DNA from: a virus
Taxonomy: Duplodnaviria > Caudoviricetes
Length of the DNA: 64,000 bases
IMG/VR virus record: IMGVR_UViG_3300013121_000024
Location: 64,001-128,000 of that record
Direction: 5' to 3' (one strand)
Below, piece by piece: positions 15,886-25,263 of the stretch. Made by a program: the position numbers and the translations under genes. The notes beneath the pieces are model-generated. The model saw nothing but the letters and a program-made list of their open reading frames with translations, was not told where the DNA came from and did not search any database. Positions within the stretch are counted from its first letter, which is position 1; each line of letters opens with the position of its first letter.

Positions 15886-16701
15886 ATGAAATGGCAACCA
15901 CGGCCAGAAGAAGGTATAGCCGGAAAAATAAAAAACAAGATGATAACACCACTTGTGAAAAATAATCTTCCAGATAGAGCCAGACGATTGATCGTGGCTA
16001 TTGGTGCGGCCGGCCGCAGCTTAGATTCAAAAAGGCCAAACAACAAAGGCATGAGAAATGTGGCCATACAATACCTTAAAAATAAGGGGCGTTTGGTATC
16101 TGAGGATTCAAAAGTAGTCAAGTCCGTAAATATGAAAAGACAACTCAGAATGGGCCGGAAGGTAGAACATGAACACACCAAGGGCCTACCACCAAAAGAG
16201 GCCAATCTGGTGGCCGATAAGATAGCTCATGACCATGTGTCGGAGTTTCCCGACTACTATACCCGACTGAAAACCATGGAAAAGAAGGCCAAAAAAGACT
16301 GGAATATCAAAGAAAATCTACACACGGCCATAGGAAAAGCAGAAACTATTAGTAGACTAGCCAAAAGAGCAACCAAAGCCTACTATTTTGCCAGTCCTAA
16401 GAATTCGGTAGGTAAAACGGTTGGTTATGCCCTTGGTGCATATGGAGCTATTGGAGCTGGTTTTCTTATGCATCCGGCAGTGGGGGCCGGTTTGGCCGCG
16501 GCCTCAGAATTAGGAGGACTTGTAAATGCGGCCAGAGTGGTAAAAAACGATTTATCACACATAACAAAAATGACATTACAATCTGGAAAAAGGAACAATA
16601 AAAATTCGTATTTGCATTCCAGTAGTTCCGACCGAATCAAAAAACTTTTGGATTATGTCCGTGACAAAGTAAAGAATAAGTTACCGAGAAACCCGGTTTA
16701 A
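15886..16701 (+). CDS. Late protein with DUF5661-like segment
   Basis: MGRKVEHEHT...IAHDHVSEFPDYYTRL motif; own late promoter and GGAG RBS. Confidence 0.75.
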   Translation: MKWQPRPEEGIAGKIKNKMITPLVKNNLPDRARRLIVAIGAAGRSLDSKRPNNKGMRNVAIQYLKNKGRLVSEDSKVVKSVNMKRQLRMGRKVEHEHTKGLPPKEANLVADKIAHDHVSEFPDYYTRLKTMEKKAKKDWNIKENLHTAIGKAETISRLAKRATKAYYFASPKNSVGKTVGYALGAYGAIGAGFLMHPAVGAGLAAASELGGLVNAARVVKNDLSHITKMTLQSGKRNNKNSYLHSSSSDRIKKLLDYVRDKVKNKLPRNPV

Positions 16702-16907
16702 TCATCGTATTCTTTATACCGTTCCTTTATAAATGCGTCATAGACAGGATCCACTCCAGTACATTCTTCCAACACATCACAATCATGATCCTCAAAAGCA
16801 TCCACGATATCAGTATAAATTGCCATCCTTGCTTTGGGGCATTTCACATGTTTATACAAGGAATCAATTATACTGTCCATTAGTCTTCCACCACTATTCC
16901 AACCCAT
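16698..16907 (-). CDS. Hypothetical protein
   Basis: MGW...FEDHDCD small phage protein pattern. Confidence 0.6.
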   Translation of the reverse strand: MGWNSGGRLMDSIIDSLYKHVKCPKARMAIYTDIVDAFEDHDCDVLEECTGVDPVYDAFIKERYKEYDD

Positions 16908-16910
16908 ATT

Positions 16911-17279
16911 TTAATCCTTTATCTCACGTCCAAAAATCCTAAGGTGTTGTTCTTTTAAACTGTCTCGTAACAGATTATTGTTTCTTATTTGGGCCTCTGT
17001 ATTCCTTATGGCACCTTCAGATATTGCTTCCTGTACTTTCGGACTATCCACATCGATGATTCCAACAAAACCCATATTACTATTATCAAACAATTTTGAA
17101 TCAAAATCCTTGAATTTAAGTTCTGTATCATTTTCATAGCGCTTGGCCATAGAAGATATGGAGTTTTTTACATTATCAACATAATTCATCCGGTATTTGG
17201 CATCCCAGGCACGGGAATATTTGGATAATAGGGTTATCATCCGATCGTGTTTAGGCATCAACTCTAATAATAAATCCAT
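16911..17279 (-). CDS. Hypothetical protein
   Basis: Tightly packed ORF with RBS. Confidence 0.6.
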   Translation of the reverse strand: MDLLLELMPKHDRMITLLSKYSRAWDAKYRMNYVDNVKNSISSMAKRYENDTELKFKDFDSKLFDNSNMGFVGIIDVDSPKVQEAISEGAIRNTEAQIRNNNLLRDSLKEQHLRIFGREIKD

Positions 17280-17280
17280 G

Positions 17281-17853
17281 TTATTGTCCTTTTTTCATAT
17301 ATTTCTTATAGGCCTCAATCCAATTTTCGGAAATAGCCTTCTGTGCTTCCTCCAGTGTAATTTCACCCTTGCAAACCAAAGAATGTAGTCTGTTTTCAAG
17401 TCCATCTTTTTTCCTGGCATGCCAATCAGGAAGTTTATATGACTGGGGCCATAGATTCTTTATACTGTTCGATCCGCCTAATTGTAGTGATATTAAATGA
17501 TCTATCTCATAAGAGCCAAATTCACCCTTTATGTTATAAGAATCGAATACTTGTTTTTTAGTGGAATTGGATACATTTCTCACAGAGGCCGAATATCCAC
17601 TAGTACAAATATTTTCCTTGGTCGATTCTATCATTATATCGCCTGGTGTAAAATTCCTATTTGGAAGATAAGGATATGACAACAAATTTACAGTATCAGT
17701 AATTTTAGATTGTGGCAGACTTAATGGACCGCCTACATTTTGATCCGTATCATCAGAAGGCACGATAAAATACAACAAAGAAAATACTATGAAAAATGTT
17801 AACAAGAAAATACTTACTTTATCTCTTTTTTCTTGAATGTTGTTTGGATGCAT
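17281..17853 (-). CDS. Membrane-anchored HNH-fold nuclease-like protein
   Basis: N-terminal TM helix; YEIDHLISLQLGGSNSIKNLWPQ. Confidence 0.75.
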   Translation of the reverse strand: MHPNNIQEKRDKVSIFLLTFFIVFSLLYFIVPSDDTDQNVGGPLSLPQSKITDTVNLLSYPYLPNRNFTPGDIMIESTKENICTSGYSASVRNVSNSTKKQVFDSYNIKGEFGSYEIDHLISLQLGGSNSIKNLWPQSYKLPDWHARKKDGLENRLHSLVCKGEITLEEAQKAISENWIEAYKKYMKKGQ

Positions 17854-18274
17854 TTTTGGTTTTCCTCTTCACAGCCTGTTTCATTGTATTAGATTTGGGT
17901 TTTTTGGTTATTTTTGTTTTTGTTTTTCTAGGTTTTTTGGTTGGTCTGTCAGGAACAGTAGAATCCAATTTTGTTGTGGACCTCGGTTCCTGTTCTTTCG
18001 GTGGTAATATAATTGGCGGCAAATCTGGATTTTGCACAGGAACAACTACTGTATTTTTTCCTATGCCCAAATATTGTTGACCAGTTCTGGCGGACAATAT
18101 TTTGGCCTCCATTTCTACACTATCAATCATGTCCTGTATTTTGGAGTGTAAATCCAATTCAACATGTGAAGGACGAGACTTAATTTTTTCATACATTGCA
18201 GTGATAGGATCCCGTCCATTCACATTCTTCAATTGTGTTCGTATAGGGTGCTTTTCTTCTAGTTTATTTGGCAT
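17819..18274 (-). CDS. Hypothetical protein, basic C-terminus
   Basis: Packed ORF. Confidence 0.55.
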   Translation of the reverse strand: MPNKLEEKHPIRTQLKNVNGRDPITAMYEKIKSRPSHVELDLHSKIQDMIDSVEMEAKILSARTGQQYLGIGKNTVVVPVQNPDLPPIILPPKEQEPRSTTKLDSTVPDRPTKKPRKTKTKITKKPKSNTMKQAVKRKTKNASKQHSRKKR

Positions 18275-18277
18275 TCA

Positions 18278-18511
18278 TCACCTTAAAATATATTCTGGAG
18301 ACTCCTTGACCTCCAATATAATACCATTCATTAAATAGACAATGGTAATATTTTCCTTTCCTTCAATGGTGCTAGTGTGTGCACCCACTATAGCCGACCT
18401 TCTAAATCTACCTTGTACAGGATCCTCCTTTAGAAGTGTTAATATTATGATATCATCCGGTTGCTTTTTCTTTCCAAGCACTTCATCTTCAATATTTGCA
18501 ACAGTAACCAT
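18278..18511 (-). CDS. Hypothetical protein
   Basis: Packed ORF; VKESPE ending. Confidence 0.55.
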   Translation of the reverse strand: MVTVANIEDEVLGKKKQPDDIIILTLLKEDPVQGRFRRSAIVGAHTSTIEGKENITIVYLMNGIILEVKESPEYILR

Positions 18512-18533
18512 CTTTCATTTACTCCTTTTTTTG

Positions 18534-18737
18534 TTAAGATTTAGTTTCATCGTACAGTGAACATTGTAAGGACCTCATCTTCCAAGTGGGAAGATGTGTC
18601 TCCTCCCACTTTTTGATTAGGTTTGGTATTTCAATAAAGCACTCCTCCAAGTTAGAGGCGCTTTCATTTTTCAGTGGGAAATCCCTACAATCCATAGGAT
18701 TTGTGGCCAAACATGCATTAATTATAAAGAATAACAT
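18534..18737 (-). CDS. Small Cys-containing, possibly secreted protein
   Basis: Hydrophobic N-terminus, four Cys. Confidence 0.5.
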   Translation of the reverse strand: MLFFIINACLATNPMDCRDFPLKNESASNLEECFIEIPNLIKKWEETHLPTWKMRSLQCSLYDETKS

Positions 18738-18740
18738 GAT

Positions 18741-21368
18741 TTATACCTCACAATTTCCACTACCACATGCCAGAATTTGGGTGCCTTCGGTTTCGTCTAC
18801 AGTTTCTTGCAAGGAATCCCAATCAATATGAGTAGGCATCTTTTCCAACATCTCCTCATATTTTTCCTTAGTTACGGTCTCATAAGGAGCCTGTCTATAT
18901 GAGCCGCCATCATAAGGAAGGAAGGAGATACCGCTAATGGAATCAAAATTTCTCCATACCCAGGCACCAACATCGAACCATTCATCTTCTCTAATGTTTA
19001 CTGTAACACTCGGTTTATGTTCACACCAGTATTTCTGGTATACCAACCAAAGTTTTAGGTGATCGATAGCGGATATTGACTCTCGTGTTATCGCACCATC
19101 AGGGGCCTTCTTAGGAAATGAGAATACCGTTGTGAAATCAGGGTTAGTCACATCTGGTTCAAATGGAATTCCAGCCTCTTTAAGGAACTGTGTAAGTGGA
19201 TCCTTATTGTCACTTCTTACCCTTCGTATATAATAGTTGTCATGTCTAGGATGGATACCAGAGGCACTATCAACTAATTGTGACACGGTACCAGAGGGTT
19301 TTACAGCCGTAACAGCGACCGATGGCTCTATACCAATATCCTTGGCCAACTGATTATTGGTATCAATGGCAATTTGTTTTAACTCGGCCAAGAATGGTCC
19401 TAAGTTATTATCCTTATAGTTGTTAAGGATATGATGGTCGTAAATACCGGTGAGTGATACGCCTAACAATCTTTCTTCTTCCACATTTTTCTTCCAGATT
19501 TTTCTCAAATAGGGGAAATGTGTGAATGTGGATTGCAATGTACCTAGAACCGTGGCCAGACGGACCTTCCTCTTAAGGTCGTCTCCTGTATCTCTGGCTC
19601 GAACCACCACCTCAGATAAGTTACACATTTGATTGGGCCGGAGAATAATTTCGGAGCAGTTTCCGGTTTGACAATGGTCCAATTCAAAACTATGATCCTC
19701 GTGATTTACTGTAATATCCCACACCGGTTCGGTTCTATTTGTTTCCAATATGTCCTTAATCTTCCAGTGGGAAGATTGTATGTTTGTATGTTTGTGTGTA
19801 AGATTTTTATTTATATTTAACCTGGTTTGTTTATCGTTTCTCGATAATTTGAAAATATTTGAAAAGTGTTTTTTAGATTCAATATCTTTGACATGAATGG
19901 AATAGGACTGCCTAACATTTTTCACGGTTTTGCCTTTAATGATAATATCGGCCTCTGATATTTTTCTAATTTTTTTACTTACCTTTATGCCATAACAACC
20001 AAGTAAAGAGGCCAAATCATCGACCAATTTTTCATGTACCGACACAAAATCTATTCCTCCTCCGGTATTTACATGTCCATCTGAGGATATCAATCCGTCC
20101 ACTAGACCCTTTCTAAATTCTTCACTGGCTTCTTTCCATACAGAAAGAGGAAGTCCATTTGATTTATGTGATACTCCGTGTTCTTCAAACAGTTTATTAA
20201 GTGTCTCTCCGCTTAAGTTTACTTCGGGTGCACCATTTGTTTTTGCATTTATCCATCCATCACAAAGATTCCATCCAATCATGAACCCATCATCGTATGA
20301 ACCTAATGTACCGAATGGTAACACATCCTTCTTATGGTTTGAAGGAATATAATCACCCGGCTTCAATTCCGTGGTCTGTAACCTTAATTCTTTTCCTGAA
20401 CGTACAACAGGCCATTTGTGTTGGGCCGTGGCAAAATATGAAATGTTTCCCGGTAAAACTATTTCATAAAGTTTAGCCGAAGGTGACGAAAGAAAACACT
20501 TAGCCGGAGCCACAGATTTATCCAGAGTATTCACGAAAAAATCACGGCCTTCTAATTCCTCTATACTAAAAATTCCTTCTGTGGTAAATACTTTTGTTCC
20601 TTTCGCCAAAGACGGGTTGGTACCCCATTCATGGTCTGGATTACGGCGGCCATTGGCTTTAATTATATTCTTACTGGCCGCCCTGTTGAAAATACCACGT
20701 TCTCCGGATTTGGACTCATATAGCGCAAGCCATTCTTGCAAGAAAATGCCTATATCCGGTCTTTCTGTGTATACGGCACTGTTATTAGATAGGGCCCTCT
20801 GCACATTAGCTTCCCACCAGGCACCACTTTTAGCATGTCTCATCCTGTCATCAGAAAGGTTGGAGAGGGATATCATCGCCGACCGCCGGACGCCTCCTAC
20901 CACTACCACCTCACCTATCTTACACATAATATCATGGCATTCCAAGGAAGTTAATTTCCTTCCTTTGGCGTTACGGAACACATTACAGACAAATCTGAAT
21001 AAATCTTCCAATGGTCCAGGACCGGAGGCTCGACCTCCAAAAGTCTTAAGTGGAGATCCAGCCGGCCTTACCTGTGATGTATCCCATTTTGGAATCTCCC
21101 CTGAATACAATAGTGCTATAAGTTGCCGCAGGGCCTTGGCCCATCCTTCCTTGGAATCCTTGACAACAATGGTGGTATCGGAATCAAACATCTTTTCTGG
21201 AACTTCTGGTAATTGATTTACATATTGACGTTCCACAGAAAATCCAACACCTGATCCACAATTATGTACTACTGAGCCATTTTCAAGAACAAAATTATGA
21301 TTATCAGGAATAGTAATATCCCAATAATTTCTATCATCACTGATAATCTCTTTTCTAACTATTTTCAT
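18741..21368 (-). CDS. nrdJ: Class II ribonucleotide reductase, C-terminal part (split intein C-half plus contiguous intein)
   Basis: GVGFSVE, VVGGVRRSA, NP/CSEI, CNLSE, KPSGTVS, C-terminal CxxGxC. Confidence 0.92.
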   Translation of the reverse strand: MKIVRKEIISDDRNYWDITIPDNHNFVLENGSVVHNCGSGVGFSVERQYVNQLPEVPEKMFDSDTTIVVKDSKEGWAKALRQLIALLYSGEIPKWDTSQVRPAGSPLKTFGGRASGPGPLEDLFRFVCNVFRNAKGRKLTSLECHDIMCKIGEVVVVGGVRRSAMISLSNLSDDRMRHAKSGAWWEANVQRALSNNSAVYTERPDIGIFLQEWLALYESKSGERGIFNRAASKNIIKANGRRNPDHEWGTNPSLAKGTKVFTTEGIFSIEELEGRDFFVNTLDKSVAPAKCFLSSPSAKLYEIVLPGNISYFATAQHKWPVVRSGKELRLQTTELKPGDYIPSNHKKDVLPFGTLGSYDDGFMIGWNLCDGWINAKTNGAPEVNLSGETLNKLFEEHGVSHKSNGLPLSVWKEASEEFRKGLVDGLISSDGHVNTGGGIDFVSVHEKLVDDLASLLGCYGIKVSKKIRKISEADIIIKGKTVKNVRQSYSIHVKDIESKKHFSNIFKLSRNDKQTRLNINKNLTHKHTNIQSSHWKIKDILETNRTEPVWDITVNHEDHSFELDHCQTGNCSEIILRPNQMCNLSEVVVRARDTGDDLKRKVRLATVLGTLQSTFTHFPYLRKIWKKNVEEERLLGVSLTGIYDHHILNNYKDNNLGPFLAELKQIAIDTNNQLAKDIGIEPSVAVTAVKPSGTVSQLVDSASGIHPRHDNYYIRRVRSDNKDPLTQFLKEAGIPFEPDVTNPDFTTVFSFPKKAPDGAITRESISAIDHLKLWLVYQKYWCEHKPSVTVNIREDEWFDVGAWVWRNFDSISGISFLPYDGGSYRQAPYETVTKEKYEEMLEKMPTHIDWDSLQETVDETEGTQILACGSGNCEV
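19659..20612 (-). mobile_element. Contiguous LAGLIDADG intein in NrdJ (318 aa)
   Basis: NP|SLAKGTKV...TAQHKW...GLISSDG...VWDITV...QTGN|CSEII. Confidence 0.9.
21261..21368 (-). mobile_element. Split intein C-fragment (36 aa) of NrdJ
   Basis: MKIVRKE...YWDITI..NHNFVLENGSVVHN|C. Confidence 0.92.
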
Positions 21369-21993
21369 TTTTACGTTTCCTAATACTTTCTTTTATTTTA
21401 TTGATTGACTCTTGACTATGTTTTTTGCCATAAAATGGATTTAGTGCGCCAGACATTATACCTTTTGATCGACCTTTGGTCCACCCTGCTGGTTCAGTTC
21501 CTGGTATAAATCTTTTATCAATCTCACCATTATTATACCAAACTAATCCTTTTCCTGGTGATGGAACATTACATTTAAGACGACCTTTGGTCCACCCTGC
21601 TGGTTCAGTTCCTGGTATAAATCTTTTATCTCTTATTCCATTGTTAAAATATTTTTGTCCTTTTTGAGTAAATGTATCAGAATACTGAGGAATACCATTA
21701 ATATACTTTAATTGATTTGGCAATGCATTAACAGAATTATAATATCCATAACTATGAACAGCATTATGTTCATTGATTATTTCAAATTCTTTTAAATGTA
21801 AATTCTCTACAGAAACAGTTTCGAACCATAATATTTGACGTTCGAAATTTTCAAGACCATATTTTTTTATAGCATTTTTAAAATATTTGCCAGAACCAAT
21901 ATAACCGTCGTCAACTTTACCTACATGACTGCCAATATATTTTTTTCCATTTATTAAATTTTTCCAAAGATAAATAAATCCAATATAAACCAT
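21355..21993 (-). CDS. GIY-YIG homing endonuclease splitting nrdJ
   Basis: GFIY...KYIG, YYN, NUMOD3-like NPFYGKKHS; internal 50-bp repeat. Confidence 0.9.
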   Translation of the reverse strand: MVYIGFIYLWKNLINGKKYIGSHVGKVDDGYIGSGKYFKNAIKKYGLENFERQILWFETVSVENLHLKEFEIINEHNAVHSYGYYNSVNALPNQLKYINGIPQYSDTFTQKGQKYFNNGIRDKRFIPGTEPAGWTKGRLKCNVPSPGKGLVWYNNGEIDKRFIPGTEPAGWTKGRSKGIMSGALNPFYGKKHSQESINKIKESIRKRKNENS

Positions 21994-22038
21994 ATAAATA
22001 CTCCTGTTCCGTAAACATGTGGCACAGGAGTATTTATA
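21993..22038 (-). promoter_or_regulatory. Late promoter plus RBS-sequestering hairpin
   Basis: 15-bp inverted repeat TATAAATACTCCTGT / ACAGGAGTATTTATA covering AGGAG up to the start codon. Confidence 0.85.
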
Positions 22039-22040
22039 AT

Positions 22041-22340
22041 TTATCTCATTTCATGATAATTTTGTATGTTATCGTCTTCGGTTAAATCTTTCGCCTCAAC
22101 CCATCCACGATTAGTAGTAAAAAACTTATGATCTGAAGTACATTTAATAATAGACCCATCTTCAAATTCTAACTCAATTTTTTCTTTATTTGATGAAGGT
22201 GTTTCAACAATTCTACTTGGTTTGATATATTCATAAAGATTTTTTTCAATGTTAAATGACAATACTTCATCATTGAAAGTAAGTTCTGATATAGGTTTCA
22301 AACCTTGCTTAGTTTCCACCAAAGTTTCTGGTGCAAAACA
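22041..22340 (-). mobile_element. Split intein N-fragment (99 aa) of NrdJ
   Basis: LLM|CFAPETLV...CTSDHKF...GWVEAKDL, then stop. Confidence 0.92.
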
Positions 22341-22673
22341 CATTAAAAGATGCATGGCCTCATCAAAGGCTTTCGGATCATCCACCACGGTGAAAGTGCA
22401 GTTGTACAAGGCGCTATTGTCTCGGACGGCAGCTTTACCGGAGACCATCATAGCACGCATGGAAGGCATTATCTCTAAGTTTAAAATTGCATCCTGCAAT
22501 TCACTCATTAGTGAGTCGGGTATTGTATACCCATGTTTTTCTTTTACGGATTCAGATACAAAATTCAAGTATCTATTAACTGTTTCTGGCCAGTGTTCAC
22601 GCCGTTTCTTATCCGGAAGAAATCTTGCATATTTGGATTTATGTATATACTGTTGATAGGAATCCATTGTCAT
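22041..22673 (-). CDS. nrdJ: Class II ribonucleotide reductase, N-terminal part fused to intein N-half
   Basis: SKYARF..RREHWPETV, MPSMR, YNC. Confidence 0.9.
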   Translation of the reverse strand: MTMDSYQQYIHKSKYARFLPDKKRREHWPETVNRYLNFVSESVKEKHGYTIPDSLMSELQDAILNLEIMPSMRAMMVSGKAAVRDNSALYNCTFTVVDDPKAFDEAMHLLMCFAPETLVETKQGLKPISELTFNDEVLSFNIEKNLYEYIKPSRIVETPSSNKEKIELEFEDGSIIKCTSDHKFFTTNRGWVEAKDLTEDDNIQNYHEMR

Positions 22674-22682
22674 CCGTGTCGT

Positions 22683-23264
22683 TTACTCCAATTCATCTTT
22701 ACTATTCCAAAATTCTCGGTTTTTGAGGTGGTCGAGTATGGTGGTCAACCCTGTGAACGGCCCTATTTCATTATAATGTATATAATGTTGATTAAGCATA
22801 TCACGGATCTTATTATCAATCTCTTTAGCTTCACCCTCCGACTCATTCCTGCCTAATTTATCGTATTGTACATTCCTTGTCAATAGGTAAGATAGGTTCT
22901 CAAATTGACACCATGTGGCAAAGAAAAAGTCTTTCATTTTCTCCAGATAATCGGTATTGTGTTTTATTTTTACACCAGGCCTCGATTGGTGCCAGTCAAC
23001 ATAAACCGTAGACAACATCAAAGGAGAGTCGGTTATTATATAGTCAACCTGTCCTAGTAATCGGTGTTGTCTACGGCATTGTTCCGCAAAAATGTGTAAT
23101 TGATTTTCCAGTAATACGTGACTGCCCTCATAGGTAACATCCTTTGCATATTCTGTAACTAATTCCACGGACTTTCCCCAGAGCTTAAGGTTATATAGTA
23201 ATCCTGAAGCAATGGTACTTTTGCCTATTCCAGGCCCTCCAAATAAATTAATCACTGTAGTCAT
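22683..23264 (-). CDS. P-loop nucleotide kinase-like (NadR/AAA_28-type)
   Basis: GGPGIGKST, EYAK, ITDSPL. Confidence 0.8.
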   Translation of the reverse strand: MTTVINLFGGPGIGKSTIASGLLYNLKLWGKSVELVTEYAKDVTYEGSHVLLENQLHIFAEQCRRQHRLLGQVDYIITDSPLMLSTVYVDWHQSRPGVKIKHNTDYLEKMKDFFFATWCQFENLSYLLTRNVQYDKLGRNESEGEAKEIDNKIRDMLNQHYIHYNEIGPFTGLTTILDHLKNREFWNSKDELE

Positions 23265-23315
23265 ATTACACATCCTTTATTATTATGGTATATCAGGTAT
23301 ATCAGTGGTCTATTA

Positions 23316-23882
23316 TTATCTCATCCTAACTCTTATGGGAATTTTACGTTTGTACGAATCCTCGAACTCCTTTTCACTGGAAATTCTGACAGGAGGTGAT
23401 TCATCGGAGTGTGTCTCAATAACCAGTTCCGGATCAGCCAGCATTTTCTTCCATACTTTCTTCATTCCAGGTGAATGATTATGTCCAACAATATTGAGGC
23501 CAGGAATACTTTTGATAATATGTTTATATGCAACGTGAGCGTGCAATCGATCCGGATTTTTCACATCAGTGGCAGTTTGTCTTTCATGGAATACATTACC
23601 TTCCCTTTCTCCATAAACGATAAAGCTCCTTTTTCCCTTCTTCTCACCCGAAAAGTACGATTGATTGAGTCGAATATTTTTGCCGGTCTTCAGATCTATA
23701 GTATGGTGAAAAATAGAATGTCCGTCCACGGTTCCGAGTGGATTTTTCTTGTACTTCCAGTATTTTTTGTTGGAAGTTTCGTCATTCTTTAGTAACTCTC
23801 CGATATCATGAAACGCTTCATCCGATGGCGGTATATCATTGGTACCGGGCGATTCCTTAAGAAATTGCTTGAATGTCTTCAT
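23316..23882 (-). CDS. Putative head-packaged protein
   Basis: N-terminal MKTFKQFLKE resembles the T4 capsid-targeting sequence. Confidence 0.65.
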   Translation of the reverse strand: MKTFKQFLKESPGTNDIPPSDEAFHDIGELLKNDETSNKKYWKYKKNPLGTVDGHSIFHHTIDLKTGKNIRLNQSYFSGEKKGKRSFIVYGEREGNVFHERQTATDVKNPDRLHAHVAYKHIIKSIPGLNIVGHNHSPGMKKVWKKMLADPELVIETHSDESPPVRISSEKEFEDSYKRKIPIRVRMR

Positions 23883-24931
23883 GTGGACGGTCTCCTTCGT
23901 GTATGTGAACTCACCAGCTTTCCATCCCTGATATACTTTCTCACCTTCACCGGTTTCGTTATAGCTGGTACCGCATTTCCCAATTTGAATTGTCTCAACC
24001 TACGCAAGAACTTTTTTTGATTCTTGTGTGTAAGGTACTTACCAAACTGATTTACCTGCATCCAACGGTTTCTATTCGAAGAGGAATCATTGTGAAACAT
24101 ATGAATGGACAACTTGCGTAAGTCTGAGATGGATTTGATTTGTCCTAACATACCAATACTGTCAACCATCCGAAGTATCTCATTCGAGTGTGAATTGACC
24201 TCGGTCGGTAAGTTAAAATAATTCTTGCTTTTATTCTTGTTTAATTCATCTGATTTAAGAATAGCCTGTCGTTCCTTATCATACTGTTTGATAAGTGCTT
24301 TTTTACCGGCTTTTTCCAAGAATTTCTTTTTGTCCATAAAGTGGTTGAACTCATGTATAAAAGCCTGCTTTATTGTTGACGTCTTAAGGTTTCCGATGTC
24401 AAGTTCACTGAACATTACATCACGGATATCAATATTTACAGGATAATCTTTGCCAATCATGGCCAGTATTTTCGATGCTCTGACTTGCGCGCCATATTTT
24501 TTGTCAATGAACCGTCGTCTCTCATCGGCATCTTTATCATTTGTGGATAATCCAAGTATGATATAGTGCCTGGATTCTAATTTATTTTCTGGATTATAAT
24601 ATGAATTATAACTGCTTATCCATATTGGACCAAAGGAAATGAACAATTTTAAACTGTCTTTATACCCTGTTATATTGAGTAGGTTTTTATACTTGGTACC
24701 GGCCAGTATTTTATCCAGGGGAACCATATAACCATATGGAACCCTATAAGAGTCGTCTCCTATTATATTCCACTCGGGTGCATCATCAGGAACTTTCCCC
24801 AATTTCCCCGATTCAATGTCTTTTATAGCCTTTATGGACTGTTTATATTTCATCTCCAACCAATCAACGACCATATCCCAAATAATGCCTGATTCCTCGT
24901 GTGATTGCCATTTTTCTGTTAGGTAATTCAT
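23879..24931 (-). CDS. Putative zinc metallopeptidase-like protein
   Basis: FIHEFNH (HExxH) and downstream YFNLPTEV. Confidence 0.6.
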   Translation of the reverse strand: MNYLTEKWQSHEESGIIWDMVVDWLEMKYKQSIKAIKDIESGKLGKVPDDAPEWNIIGDDSYRVPYGYMVPLDKILAGTKYKNLLNITGYKDSLKLFISFGPIWISSYNSYYNPENKLESRHYIILGLSTNDKDADERRRFIDKKYGAQVRASKILAMIGKDYPVNIDIRDVMFSELDIGNLKTSTIKQAFIHEFNHFMDKKKFLEKAGKKALIKQYDKERQAILKSDELNKNKSKNYFNLPTEVNSHSNEILRMVDSIGMLGQIKSISDLRKLSIHMFHNDSSSNRNRWMQVNQFGKYLTHKNQKKFLRRLRQFKLGNAVPAITKPVKVRKYIRDGKLVSSHTRRRPST

Positions 24932-25222
24932 TTATTTTTTAATATCATCTTTTTCTTTCTGTGCCAGTGTGTCTGGTGAAACAGATGGCTTTTCCTTGGG
25001 TTTTGTCTTGCTGATAGGATCCAATTCGGCTCTTACTTGAACACACATTTCCTCCAAGTCTATACCGTCTTCAAAGGTGATATAGGCACGCAATTGATTG
25101 GCCGGTTTATCGATAAGTATTTTTACTCTTGGTTTGTGTGGCTCATACTTTGGACTGTGTTTTATCACGTCGTTGAATATTTTTCCAAATACGTCGGGGA
25201 AATTCAATACTACTCTAGTCAT
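24932..25222 (-). CDS. Hypothetical protein
   Basis: AGGAG RBS; CTAAATA late-like promoter upstream. Confidence 0.6.
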   Translation of the reverse strand: MTRVVLNFPDVFGKIFNDVIKHSPKYEPHKPRVKILIDKPANQLRAYITFEDGIDLEEMCVQVRAELDPISKTKPKEKPSVSPDTLAQKEKDDIKK

Positions 25223-25263
25223 ATCTAGTTTTTCTCCTTTTCTGTGTAATCGTGTCCTACTAT

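Noticed and set aside
21470-21630. 50-bp direct repeat in the GIY-YIG gene
   Set aside because: Explained by duplicated DNA-binding modules typical of homing endonucleases.
21355-22040. Group I intron interpretation of the nrdJ and uvsX interruptions
   Set aside because: No space for an intron core; the flanks encode intein N and C blocks with their own stop and start codons.
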